Part shown: in pieces, positions 52,448-64,000 of the stretch
How positions within the stretch are numbered: position 1 is the stretch's first letter
Layout: the number at the start of each line of letters is the position of its first letter
Source of the DNA: Octopus vulgaris
Taxonomy: Eukaryota
Assembly: GCA_951406725.2 (NCBI GenBank)
Contig: OX597823.1
Span: 69,316,001-69,380,000 of the forward strand
DNA length: 64,000 nucleotides
Reading direction: 5' to 3'
The notes under the pieces: model-generated
What the model saw: the letters and a program-made list of their open reading frames with translations, nothing else
What the model was told of the DNA's origin: nothing
The model's database searches: none
Translations under genes and position numbers: made by a program

Positions 52448-52579
52448 CAACAACATCGAAAAATACCTTAGGAATGAGAACCCAGTTTCGAAATTTCCCC
52501 AAGACACTTGAAGAAGTCTGGAGGGTATATCAGCCGAAACAAGATGAGGACAAATATCTGTCGAATGTAAATAATGTAA
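52163..52579 (+). mobile_element. Non-coding Penelope pLTR unit: inverted tail + tRNA-like head + (AAT/AAC)n + HHR relic + tail
   Basis: Inverted tail 52163-52247; A box TGGCGTAGTGG 52261-52271; B box GTTCGATTCC 52306-52315; microsatellite about 52328-52455; gacac-TTGAAGA-A-GTCTG-gagggtatat-CAGCC-GAAAC 52503-52540. Confidence 0.88.
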
Positions 52580-53932
52580 TATATTATTTTTGTTGTTTAG
52601 CTTCAGCTCAACTTTGTTCGAGCAGACCTTTGGAACAAATTTATTCCATCGACGACCATTACATATCTCTGGAAATATTAACTCATGCCTTTATTAATTT
52701 AAGACTATGGTATGTAATTCAATGGAGATTAGACTGGTATTTCTAGCAGATTGCGTAAAGCAGCAATGCTTCATTGTTAACATAATAAGAATTTTGAGAA
52801 ATCTATTTGCATCTAATAGGATTGGATTATTATGATATAACTCTGTGTGTATGTGTGTATGTGTGTGTGCGTGCGTGTATGAGTGTGCATGTGTACGGGC
52901 GTGTGTGTATGTGGGATACTAAAACAGGATTGTCACGTTTTTGTACAGTGCTCTATTATATCCTGTTTTACATATTCAATTTGTTTTTGCATTATTTAAA
53001 TTGTGCAGAATACGTATCTAGTTTTTATATCACGTATTTGGTACGCTTTATATATTTACAAAACTTATTATTCATGCTTTTAATACTACACATATCAAAG
53101 AAAAACTCGCTTCCCATAAAAAAATACTTATACAAAGAAAAAACTATACACCCAGATGCACTCACAAACAAAATCACGCATTCACATCATGCATATATAT
53201 ACATATATATACATACATTCTTCACATATATCCATTGGATAAATCCATACTCTGATTTTAACATAAGACTTTGATGTTTGTCCAATTAGCAATTGTATAC
53301 AATATCAATACATTTAATCAGAATTTTTTTGAAGTTTAATCTCCAACCTCATTTATTCAAAATGACTTTGTTGACTTTTTATACTACTCTCATAATCTTT
53401 TCTCATTTTGGAATCAGCTCCCATCTACTTCTATCACTCACTCTCTCTCTCTCGTTCCCTCTCTTCAACCGCTCATATTAATCTGCCCTTTGTCACGTTG
53501 CGTTATAATTCTTTTTAATACTACTATACTTTTTCTGCTTCATCTTTTTTTCTTTTTTCTATCATTAAACGTCTTTCTTCCATTATTTTCATTTTTTCGT
53601 CGCCTTTCAGTCTCCCTATATATCCTCAGACATATACATCTATCCACATACATAAATGTATATATTTGTGTGTCACGTTATATATATATGAATATATGCA
53701 TATATACATGTTTACATGCACACACATTCACACGCGCACATATCAATATATATTGTAGAATCTGTCTCTGAGTGACGAGTGGTTTCATTGTAAATGTTTT
53801 AGTACCAAGTAAAATATTTATATAATCATCCTTATATACAAACATACTTACGTAGTAACACATATACAATGCATGCTGCTTAGTATTTTGTCCACCAAAC
53901 TATCGATTCAGCCTTCAATATAATTTAGTAAT

Positions 53933-54484
53933 GGTTTCAAATTTTGGTACAAGGCCAGAAATATCACAGGAGAGGTTAAGTCGATTACATCGATACCAGT
54001 GTCACACTGGACTTATTTTATGAAGGCAAAATCAATCTCAGCAGAATTTCGACTCAGAGCGTAAATACCAATTTCTTTACTACCCAAAAGGGGCTAAACA
54101 CAGAGGGGACAAACAAGGACAGACAAACGGATTAAGTCGATTATATCGACCCCAGTGCATAACTGGTACTTATTTAATCGACCCCGAAAGGATGAAAGGC
54201 AAAGTCGACTTCGGCGGAATTCGAACTCAGAACGTAGCGGCAGACGAAATATCTATTTCTTTACTACCTATAAGGAGCTAAACATAGAGAGAACAAACAA
54301 GGACAGACAAACGGATTAAGACGATTATATCGACCTCCAGTGCGTAACTGGTACTTAATTTATCGACCCCGAGAGGATGAAAGGCAAAGTCGACCTCGGC
54401 GGAATTTGAACTCAGAACGTAACCACTGACGAAATACGGCTACGCATTTCGCCCGACGTGCTAACGTTTCTGCCAGCTCGCCGC
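53933..54484 (-). mobile_element. Family A SINE with tandemly duplicated body (54072-54251, 54255-54484) next to an older copy (53933-54065)
   Basis: Two head-to-tail ~180-bp bodies; only the right one has the tRNA 5' end. Confidence 0.92.
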
Positions 54485-55774
54485 ATTCAATATAATCTCA
54501 TATACAGTAGAATTGTAATAAATATATTTACTAAGAATTTGATTGCTAACACAGAAGCCAATGTTTCACTCTTCAACGATATTTCCAAGTAGTTTTAAAA
54601 GCCTATACAATTTCAGTGATAAATGTAACACAGGAAGTTGCTTCAGTAATGCTTCCAGTATTAATATATACATGCATATATGTGTATATGTATGTATATA
54701 TAAATGTATGGCAATATTTTTGTACATACATTCATAGGTACATACATACATGAATACAGATATAACTCTGCATATGTATGCATGTATGTATGTATGTATG
54801 TATGTATGTACGCATATGTATCATTAAGCAGACCTAGAAGAAAGAAGACATAATATTAATACGGTTGCGAATAGCGACGAAATGTCTTTGACAATCCTAG
54901 ATTATTGATTAATTGATTGATCGAGCGATTAATTAACAATCGATTACTTAACTGGCTAAATTGATCAACTGATTAAACAATTGACAATTGACAAATATAG
55001 AAGTGAAATACAGCCGGTGCGTGAGATTATTATTGGCATAATGACCCTCGGAGATATATTTGTTTCATCAATGTATTCATACATATCATGTTAGCACGTT
55101 CAATTATTATTATAGTCTTTTTACATTCTGCCTCTCTACCTCCAAATGCAGCTCACTTTTATTTCTTTACTCTTTCTAATATTCTCGTTAAATCACTTTC
55201 ATTTTTACTTTCCAGCGTCCATTATCTCTTTCTTTCTCTGTTTACTGTTTAACTTTTCTCTCTTTGTTTATTCAACACATTATGTACCAACTTATCTATT
55301 AACAAGAAAATTATATTTGTTTCATCAATATATTCCTGTAGTCTAGCTGGTTGTCTGACATACACATATTCTGAAAAAAAAAGATAGATAAAAAATATAG
55401 ATAAAAGGAAAATATTATGAAGGAACATACAAAGAAATAACACAAAACAAACGATGTAAATTAAAGGGGGAGTATGACCACACAGAAAGAGTGTGTTGTA
55501 TCTCAGTATCTTGTTATTCCAGTTGAAGAAATATAATTATCTGATAATATCTAAGTTTCTTTTGAAGACTGAAAACGTTAAGAATGCATTTAATAATAAT
55601 AATAATAATAATATCACACACAGTAATATGTAATTCCTTACACCGAAATACACAGGAAATCACACGCATTATTATATTACAAACGAGTGGGCCAGATATG
55701 GAATGCAAAATCTTATACATATTCAAACATTAATACAAAATTCTGTACTTTTTCTCAGTGTGTATGTATGTATG

Positions 55775-55809
<35 letters not shown>

Positions 55810-56106
55810 TTATCTATCTGTCTATCTATCTATCTATCTAGTTATTTACGTGAGTGTGTATGTTTTTGTTAATTTATTCGTGTGAGTAATAATTATATTA
55901 TTGTATAGTATTGATGTGCAAGTATTGTAATTGTAGGTTTACAGTAATCGTCCTATAAGATTGTGATGCTTGATCAACTAACGATTGAGGCATTCGACTT
56001 TCTTTTTCTTGCCAATGATTTATGATCAGAAACAACCATAAATTTACCAGACATTAAGCAGGAAGGTATTTCGTTAACCAATTGCTTAGTAAATATTATT
56101 ATTATT

Positions 56107-57343
56107 GCTTTATGTTTGACTTTTGCTTTGCATTTGTACAAGTTGGCTCCAAGTCTCACCCAGAGACCTCAAGAGACAAAAAGTTAGAATTCATGCTGGT
56201 GTTATGCATAGGGTGCCATATATTTAGTTTTGTACATAGTATTGTTCTAGAGAATGTTTAAGAAACCATAAGAAAATTATGAGTTTGTTTTAAAATTTAA
56301 GATTACATAATCAGTATTTTACGTAGGATATGGGTAGTTCCCATGAGCATTATCTTTTGAATTTCTGCCATTTTGGGGTTTCCTGGCATCTGAGCTAGGT
56401 AGCAATCAGCCCGTGTTGCTCTCATTCTTAGGTCACCTATGACAGCAAGTATTGTTTTAGTCTTCAGGTTCCACATTTTGCTAATTTCTATTTCAAGATC
56501 TTTATACTTACTCAGTTTTTGGTAGGTCTTGACAGATATGTTTATATCAATTGGGACAGTTATATCAATGAGGAGGCATGATTTTTGTCTGAAGTCTTTT
56601 AATATAATGTCTGGCCTATTTGCATCTATCTTTCTGTCAGTTTGAATGGTGAAGTTCCGGAGGAGTGAGATGTAATCATTTTCAAGCACTGGAGGTGGTT
56701 TGTGTTCCCGCAAGTTTTTATCATGAGGTAGGTCCAGGTTTTTGCAAATTACCCCGTGAATATGTTGTGCAGCTCTATCATGCCTGCTGAGATACTCTGT
56801 GGTCGCAAGAAGACTGCATATGGAGACAACATGATCAATGGTTTCATTTTGTTGTTGATATACACGAAATGTTGTGAAGCTACCGTTCTTTAATATGTTG
56901 GCCTGGTAGTTTCTTGTAAGTAAGCATTGATCTTGGGCTGCTATGATAAACCCTTCTATTTCTGATTTTAAGCCATATGCTATTATCCATTGATGGGCAA
57001 GGGCTTTGTCAACATCGGCATTATTAGCTCTCTTTGGGTATTTGCCATTGAGCGGTTTTCTTGCCATTTATCAGTAAGAATATCTAAGGCAGCAGTTTTA
57101 GCACGGGTTTTCATACGCTTAGCTTTTTCTCTGCTTGTTTCTAGTACATCAAATTCTGTAATTTGTATTTGGAATTCACTTATATATTCCTTTGCCTGTT
57201 TTGTTACTGAGTATGATGCTTTGCTGTTTTCGTGTTTTGAGACAAGTTTTAACATCCAGTCCTCAGAGTTTTTCAGGTAGGTATCTAGGCCAATTGTGGG
57301 AATCTTCATTGTTAATGCCAGTTGTAAGAGTCCACGGCCTCCT
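56107..57343 (-). mobile_element. R4/Dong-like non-LTR retrotransposon 3' part (Zn knuckle + restriction-like endonuclease)
   Basis: GLKSEIEGFIIAAQDQ, ETIDHVVSIC, YLSRHD, IQTDRKIDANRPDII, LLIDITVP, KLSKYKDLEIEISKMW; frameshift near 57060. (ATT)n at both flanks (56095-56106, 57363-57379). Confidence 0.9.
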
Positions 57344-58199
57344 CTTTTCTTCTTCTTCTTCTTATTATTATTATTATTACTTGGTTTCTATATAATGAAA
57401 CTGTCATTTGAAGGTAACGAGGGTGCAGCCTCTACATTATTTCACAATCTTTTTCTAAGAAATAGTAAGTAAATCTCCTTTGATCACACACTATCGTGTT
57501 AAGTAGCGAAGGCTATATTGAAGAATATGATGGTTAATGTAAAAATAGTCAGGAGGGTCCGAGCTGGAAAGAGATTATGGCGCCAGGTCTGTTGAACTTC
57601 ACCTCAAGCAGCAACGCCACCTTTAAATGTAGAATAATTGTATAAAGCTTGGTGTACGGAATAATGTGCACTAAAAATATCTGTAATTAATTGGGGTTTG
57701 CGTTTTAGTTTTTAAAAAGAAATAAAATGATATCAGTAATTGTTTGCGACTCTGAAAGAAAAGAAGACTGGCAACTAAAGACTGGAGATAAGGGACTCGA
57801 GCTTTCGTGTCGTAATGCCATTAATAATGCACGGAATAAACGCTAACTTGGAGGAACTCGTGCAATCATTAGCATATTACTGACAACGCTGCTTCCAGTG
57901 ATTTGACAGTTGATATGTTGGCAAGGGTGGGGTTCAGATTGTTCAGAATTTTTTATGGTTGTTCAAGCTATTCATATATCTTCAGTACAAATAAGTGCAA
58001 TAGTGGCGCCTTCTGGATTAATTTCTCACATCTAATCAGTCTATAATTGTATCATTATTGCATAAGATGAGATGGATGATACTACTTTTTTTTTCCATTT
58101 TACTATTAAAATTTTTAATTGGCAATTGTTAATTTTTTTTCTTTTTAGTCTTTTAAAGATATCTTTTAAGGAAATGTCAGTCAATAAATGGAAGTAGAT

Positions 58200-59690
58200 T
58201 AATGAATTTGTTGTATTTGCTTTGTTTCATCAGTGTAAAAGATCCTAATAAATGATTTGCAATTTGGCAATGAGAAATAGAAATTTGGAGCCGTCATTGT
58301 GAAAGAATATGTTGAAAGCAAGCATAGCAATAATTTGGTAGCCCTATTTTCTATTTCAAGTTCACGAGAAGTTGTTATGATCAGAAAAATAACGTTTTCA
58401 TCATATGGTTGCGCACGTTATAAAATAACCTCTTCTAAAACTTCCATCAAGCATTCATATATAATTACAAAAGAATCTTCATCCAATCAGAGAGAAAGCC
58501 TAGTGTTGCTCTTTGCCTTGGAAATAGCTAACATTTTTCTGGGAGAGGATGTCATGAAATAATTGAGAGTCTGGTGTTCCTAGAAAATTAAAGATATGAT
58601 GCAGGCATGCAACTCCCGTTGAGAGAGAAAATAAAGACAGTCTTCAAAAATCAGTATTTAACACGATGAATTAACTAAGAGTGAATTACTCATATTTGTA
58701 CACTGAAGATTTTGTGATCTATTCATTCTTTGGTAACCAAGAGTTATCATTAGATTTTATTGGATTTATTTGTACGGATAGAGTCTGTTATAATTGTCAA
58801 CACATTTCGTATTTGATGCTCCAGTCAAGAACATGCGATTTCCATATATGGTATTCTCAATTTTCATAAACAGTATTCGGTATTCTACATCACAAAGCAC
58901 TGCCGAAAAACTTAGTAAAGCAAATGAGAATAGCTGCGATAATAGTCAACTTTGTTCAACGAGATGTACTGAATTATCGGTTAAAACCATAATATTGCAT
59001 TGAGATTGGAGCAAACATTTGTGCTTTAACGTACCATATGCTGTGGCTGAGACGTGGCCGAATTTTCGCGTCGCTTATGTATTGGAAAATTGGATTCAAA
59101 TTCTCGAAGTTTTCAAGCATTTTTATATCCTCTTACTAACAATTTTGAAAGACATTTAGCTTTTAACATGGAATATTTTGGCCAATATTTTCAGTCTAAT
59201 CAAAGATTTGAAGAAATTGATTCCGGGAAAATATATTTCAAATCAGAGCATTTACAAAGAAATTAACGATTTTGGGGCGTTTTGCCCAAAGCGGAAATCT
59301 GGCGAACTTTCCACTATTTGACGTTATTCTTAGTGAGGAAGGCAAATAATGTTTTGTAGAATTCAAAGTTTTGAGAGTTACAGATCAATTATTGTTGATC
59401 TCAACTTGGAATTCCTCTCGATTCTTACTACGAAAAAGCGCATGACTTCATTGAGTTCTAAGATTCAAGAAAGAACAATTATTTCTTATACGTGGGAAAC
59501 AGCTTACCCAAATGGATATCAAAAGCAATTAGAGTTTTAGCTTCTCTGTCTCAATGAACCTGAGATCATGTACAGAAGTGAACTAATCTACTTAAAGTGT
59601 CATACGGCATGTGCGACATGTCAGATGACATGCGAATAACCTTTTCTACGTCTCGATTGCACAAAACATCATTGATATCAGCTGTGATAT
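58200..59690 (+). pseudogene. Highly decayed hAT (Charlie/Buster/ZBED5-like) transposase
   Basis: Fragments in the expected order: ICNLAMRNRNLEPS../EYVESKH (BED finger), ESLVLLFALEIANIFLGED, GFICTD (catalytic D), ISKAIRVLAS, DDMRITFS. Confidence 0.55.
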
Positions 59691-61100
59691 AATGTGGTGT
59701 AGATATTAAATATAGTTTAAGCTTTAGTTCTTCTCATCCTTTTATGATAATATAACTAAACTCTGAGAATTAAAAGTTCTGATTCAAAATCGGAAACAAA
59801 TGAATGTAAATTATGTTTTGAAGTATTTATGGGTAGCTCCATATTTGTTGCTTGACGTTTACATATAAAATCATTGTGACAAAATCCCCTTAGTTTTCTA
59901 CCCTGCTCTGATCCTGATTAAACATATGTAAAGTGAAAATAAGCTATACACGAATTTTGAAATCTGAGAATTTGGAAAAAAGAACCAGTACTTAGTCATA
60001 CTGGCTTCTATTACGACTTGTATTAATAATTATTTCGACTGTCTCAGAAAGGGTGTATGACAACATATTGAGTAATCATTTCGGACGCTTGAAACGTAAA
60101 AAAGTTTTAGAATCCCTATTTTATTCCGTTGCCTGGCAATACGTTTTATGATATGACTCTGGCTATAATGCCCTTCATCAGAGTCCTGCTTAGTCAGAAT
60201 TCATATAAGGTTAAGCAACAGCAACGTTGCCTTTTGTGCGGCTTAAAATTCATTTCTTGTAAACTCCCTATGTAAGTTAAATAGATACTTAGTTCATGTC
60301 TTTCTCGCTCATGCAGATCAAATTCTTTCACAATTCATTATAACAAAAATCAGCGGATTTTTAAATATCCCTTGATTTAGACTGTAGTAACATAACATTC
60401 ACTCTGATTAAAAAAAACAAGTTTTTATGGCCTCATGAAATAATTTTATTTCGTTGTCATAGCTACACAAACTGTAATAATTGCTTGTTGCTTGTGTAGT
60501 TGAACCCGAACCATCTCTGATCAAGGTAACCAATGATTAAAGACATTGCTCCCATAAACAAGTCCCTTTTTGGGTAGAGTGCACCAAAGACAACATTATC
60601 TAGCATGGCCTGCTCTTTTAAGACAGTAGAATGTGTCTTCAGGGTGACGTAGTCGCTGCTTCTAGCAGGTCGAGTGACTGTGTACATGCTCCCTTGTTGG
60701 TCCGTTGAATTTTATAACTGGTTGACTTTTATGGGAGCCTAATCTAATCTGAAGCATTATGGAAATTTTAATTCACGATTTTCTTTGATTCAATTTTTTT
60801 TAAACGTTTTTGTTTAGCATAAAATTTCAAATTGCTGAAAAGTGAGATGCAATTTTCGAATGTGTATCAATCAAAAGAATGTTAAATGAAATACTGAAAC
60901 TCAAACCATTTTCAAAACTCAGTAAGCATTCGTTTTCGAACAATTATGACAATCAATTTTGTTCAGTATTTCTATTTAAAAGGCTAACTGTATAGAGGAT
61001 AAGTAGAGGACACTAAAAAAATGTAGAATAATAAATGGACATAAGTATGTTATTTGACATGCTAAATATCCTGCATGTACTCTAATATAATATTCTACAT

Positions 61101-61410
61101 GTGTCTTGCTCGAGAACACAACACGCAGTCCGGGACCGGGCTGCGTGTTGTGTTCTCGAGCAAGACACTTTATTTCACGTTGCTCCAGTTCACTCAGCTG
61201 TAGAAATGAGTTGCGACGTCACTGGTGCCAAGCTGTATCGACCTTTGTCTTTCCCTTGGATAACACTGGTGGCGTGGAGAGGGAGGCTGGTATGCATGGG
61301 CGACTGCTGGTCTTCCATAAACAACCTTGCCCGGACTTGTGTCTAGGAGGGTAACTTTCTAGGTGCAATCCCATGGTCATTCATGACCGAAGGGGGTCTT
61401 TACCCTTTTA
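61101..61410 (+). mobile_element. Young family D SINE whose tRNA head is replaced by a 28-bp fold-back
   Basis: 61101-61128 is the exact reverse complement of 61141-61168; body matches 42478-42760. Confidence 0.9.
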
Positions 61411-64000
61411 CATGTAATCTAACGTAATCAGCCCATTTATCTTCATGTATCTGAATTTCGTAAACAGGCTTTTAAATCGTAGCGTAGTTGAATATTCTGT
61501 GGGTGGTTTCAATACTTCTTTCCAATATTAATTCGAGTTTACATTTCAATTTCTGTATCTAGTCATTTGTTTGAAATTCCTTAAATGTAGCTTCATAGAA
61601 TCAGAGATTATATAAATATGGAACTAATATTCTCACTAAAACAAATTTGAACAATGTTAATTCTTGCCTAGAAAAAAACCCCCCAAAAGTTTTAGAATAT
61701 TCTAAACATTTCATACGCGGCTATTGAATAAAAGATATGAAGTTTATGCATCTTGCAGCTGATGTATTGTTTCGCTACATTTACTTAAAATTATATTACA
61801 TTTCGTTTGGGAATTATACAAGAAATGTTAAAAGTATTTATATGAAATAAGGCGAGAATTAAATCGTGTGAAATAAAATACGTAAGTTTTCGAAATAGTG
61901 GGAGTGATGATGATAATGAAGTTCATGGATTATTAGCAGGAAAAATCTTTGGAAACCTTATTTTATATTTTTATTTTATTTCTTTATATCTTTATTTATT
62001 TAATCATTTTGTGTATACCTTATGTAAAGGTAGATCAATATTTCTTAAAGCTACACTGGAAAAGGAACTGAACACAGTAATACGAACAAAAATAAACAAC
62101 TTCTGAACCAACAATAGAGCAACTAGTGAACCAAAAACAAAACCTTTACAGCCAACATGACAATCTCACCACCTATTTAAGAAATTCCATAGCTAATAGG
62201 GGATCTTTTCTCCCTCTAGTCGAAAAGAGTACCTCTCCAGTGAATGAGAGTTTTTTCAGCCCATGAAGAAATATCTCAAACTAGTAGAGACACTGCAAAC
62301 AACAAATAAATCGCTCAAGTCAATAAAGAGGGCTCTCCAAACAGTAAATAAGGGAGCTTCTATATTAATAAACGGTCTGCAGGAAATGGAGGCGATATCT
62401 CACTCAAATCACCCAATGCTTCACTGTACTTGACCTGTTTCATTTTGTCTACTGGAAGGGGACAATGACCATAGCCTTTTACCAGTCCTTCGAATCGTGT
62501 GTGTTTGTTGCCTTTAAAGTTCTGCTCATCCGTAAGAAAAACATAACGCCTGAAGTGGACGTTTTATGAGCTTGGCATTCCTGGAAAGCAGAACTAGGTG
62601 TAGGGGTTGCTGCGGTGATGGAAGTGAAGTGAGGGGAGTAGACAATATAGTTGATAGGTGGATAGTAGACTAGTGTGTTAGGAGCGCCTAAGTGAAGGAG
62701 ACACAAAGCATCGTCCATATTTGAAAATCAGAAGCCACTATAATAGAGTTAGAAAAGAGAGAGCGAGAGAGAGAAAGGCTGACTGGCAGATAGACTGAGA
62801 GACAAACAGACAGAAATGGCAGTAGTCCGGGTTGCACGAAACATGAAAAACAATGGATCGTCCCCACTTGAATGTGCTTTGACCATAGGCCAATGAGATT
62901 CAACGCTGAATTCCGGTTAAACAAAAATAACAACACTACCAGCAACAACAACGACGACATCAAATTTAAAATTACAGCGAGGTGGAATCTTGTGAGAGGG
63001 CATTATTCTTTAAGAAAATATCTCATTCAATATACATTCTTTTGCCGCAGAATTATATCACGAGAGTTTAAGGACTGAACAAGAAATAATAAAGATGAAA
63101 CCCTATACAATAGATAGGTATGAGTTCGAGATATACTACGAAAATTCCATTAAGCAATCTAGGATGCAAATTCTCTTATCCAAAGAGTTTTCGGAAAAGT
63201 GAAATGGAGAAACCTTTCTATATCATATTTACGATCCAATTTGAAATGCGGCAGTGAATCCGTTGCTGAGAGGATCTGCATATTATTTATATAAATACAG
63301 AAAGAACAGCCAATTGAAAGGTAGGAAGAAGACAATGCATTCGCCAGTTATTGTCCCGCTGTGTTTGGGGATTAAAAAACTTAAATTGATGATGATGATG
63401 ATTTTGGGTGATTGTGAGAAAGAAGTTAGTGATGGTGAGAGGAAGTGATTAGGAGGCGGAGGAATATACTAATAATTTTCGAATTCTAATCGAGCTTCTT
63501 TAAAAAAGGCAAGGATATATTAGATAATGTAATGAGACATAGTGTCAAAATAACGGGACGGTCATGCCTAGAACGCCTTTGATCATAACTCTGCCAGATT
63601 AGTTCTAACCTAGACCGGAAGAATATCCATTAACAACAATAAGATGCTAATGAGTGACCTTCTACAGCTCGCTCAGCCTACACGATATAGAAACCAAATT
63701 TTCCTCACATCACTCAAGCTAGAACTAAGTTCTCAGAATAGAAATTAAGGTGTCAGCATAAGTTCAAAAATTAATGGCTCCAAAGCATGTCTTTACTTAC
63801 GTTACGGCGATAATAGTGTTCTTGTAGTTGATGATGACGATGATGATGACGATTATGAAGATGGCAATTATGATGATGAGTTTTTTTTTCCCTTGCACCT
63901 TGAAGCACTAATTTTAATTAAGGCTAATGAATTTTCTTCTCATTACGCTTATAATTTCATTTAATTATAAACTTATATCCAGCTCTTCATATTGTAGCCT

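Noticed and set aside
60154-60185. CTGATGAAGGGC...GCC on - strand
   Set aside because: Lacks GAAA and the cleavage triplet; probably chance.

Overview
AT-rich, gene-poor animal genomic DNA, very probably octopus/coleoid cephalopod (inferred from the SINE families and extreme (TA)n/(CA)n/(GATA)n density). No intact host gene is supportable, and nearly all listed ORFs are microsatellite noise. The window holds at least four tRNA-derived SINE families and decayed autonomous elements: two Penelope-like (PLE) lineages, a Helitron helicase, a CR1/L2-like LINE, an R4/Dong-like LINE in (TAA)n, an L1/Tx1-like ORF1 and a hAT fossil. The main signal is a dense set of type I hammerhead ribozyme (HHR) motifs from several unrelated short elements, mostly bounded by (TA)n and arranged as fold-backs or tandem units. 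Canonical cores lie at 43516-43622(+), its mirror 43043-43149(-) inside a 408-bp-arm palindrome, and 44046-44103(-). One Penelope family's terminal repeat contains a tRNA-like Pol III cassette, an (AAT/AAC)n tract and an HHR; it also occurs as a stand-alone SINE-like unit (52163-52579). All alignments, folds and identity estimates were made by eye.
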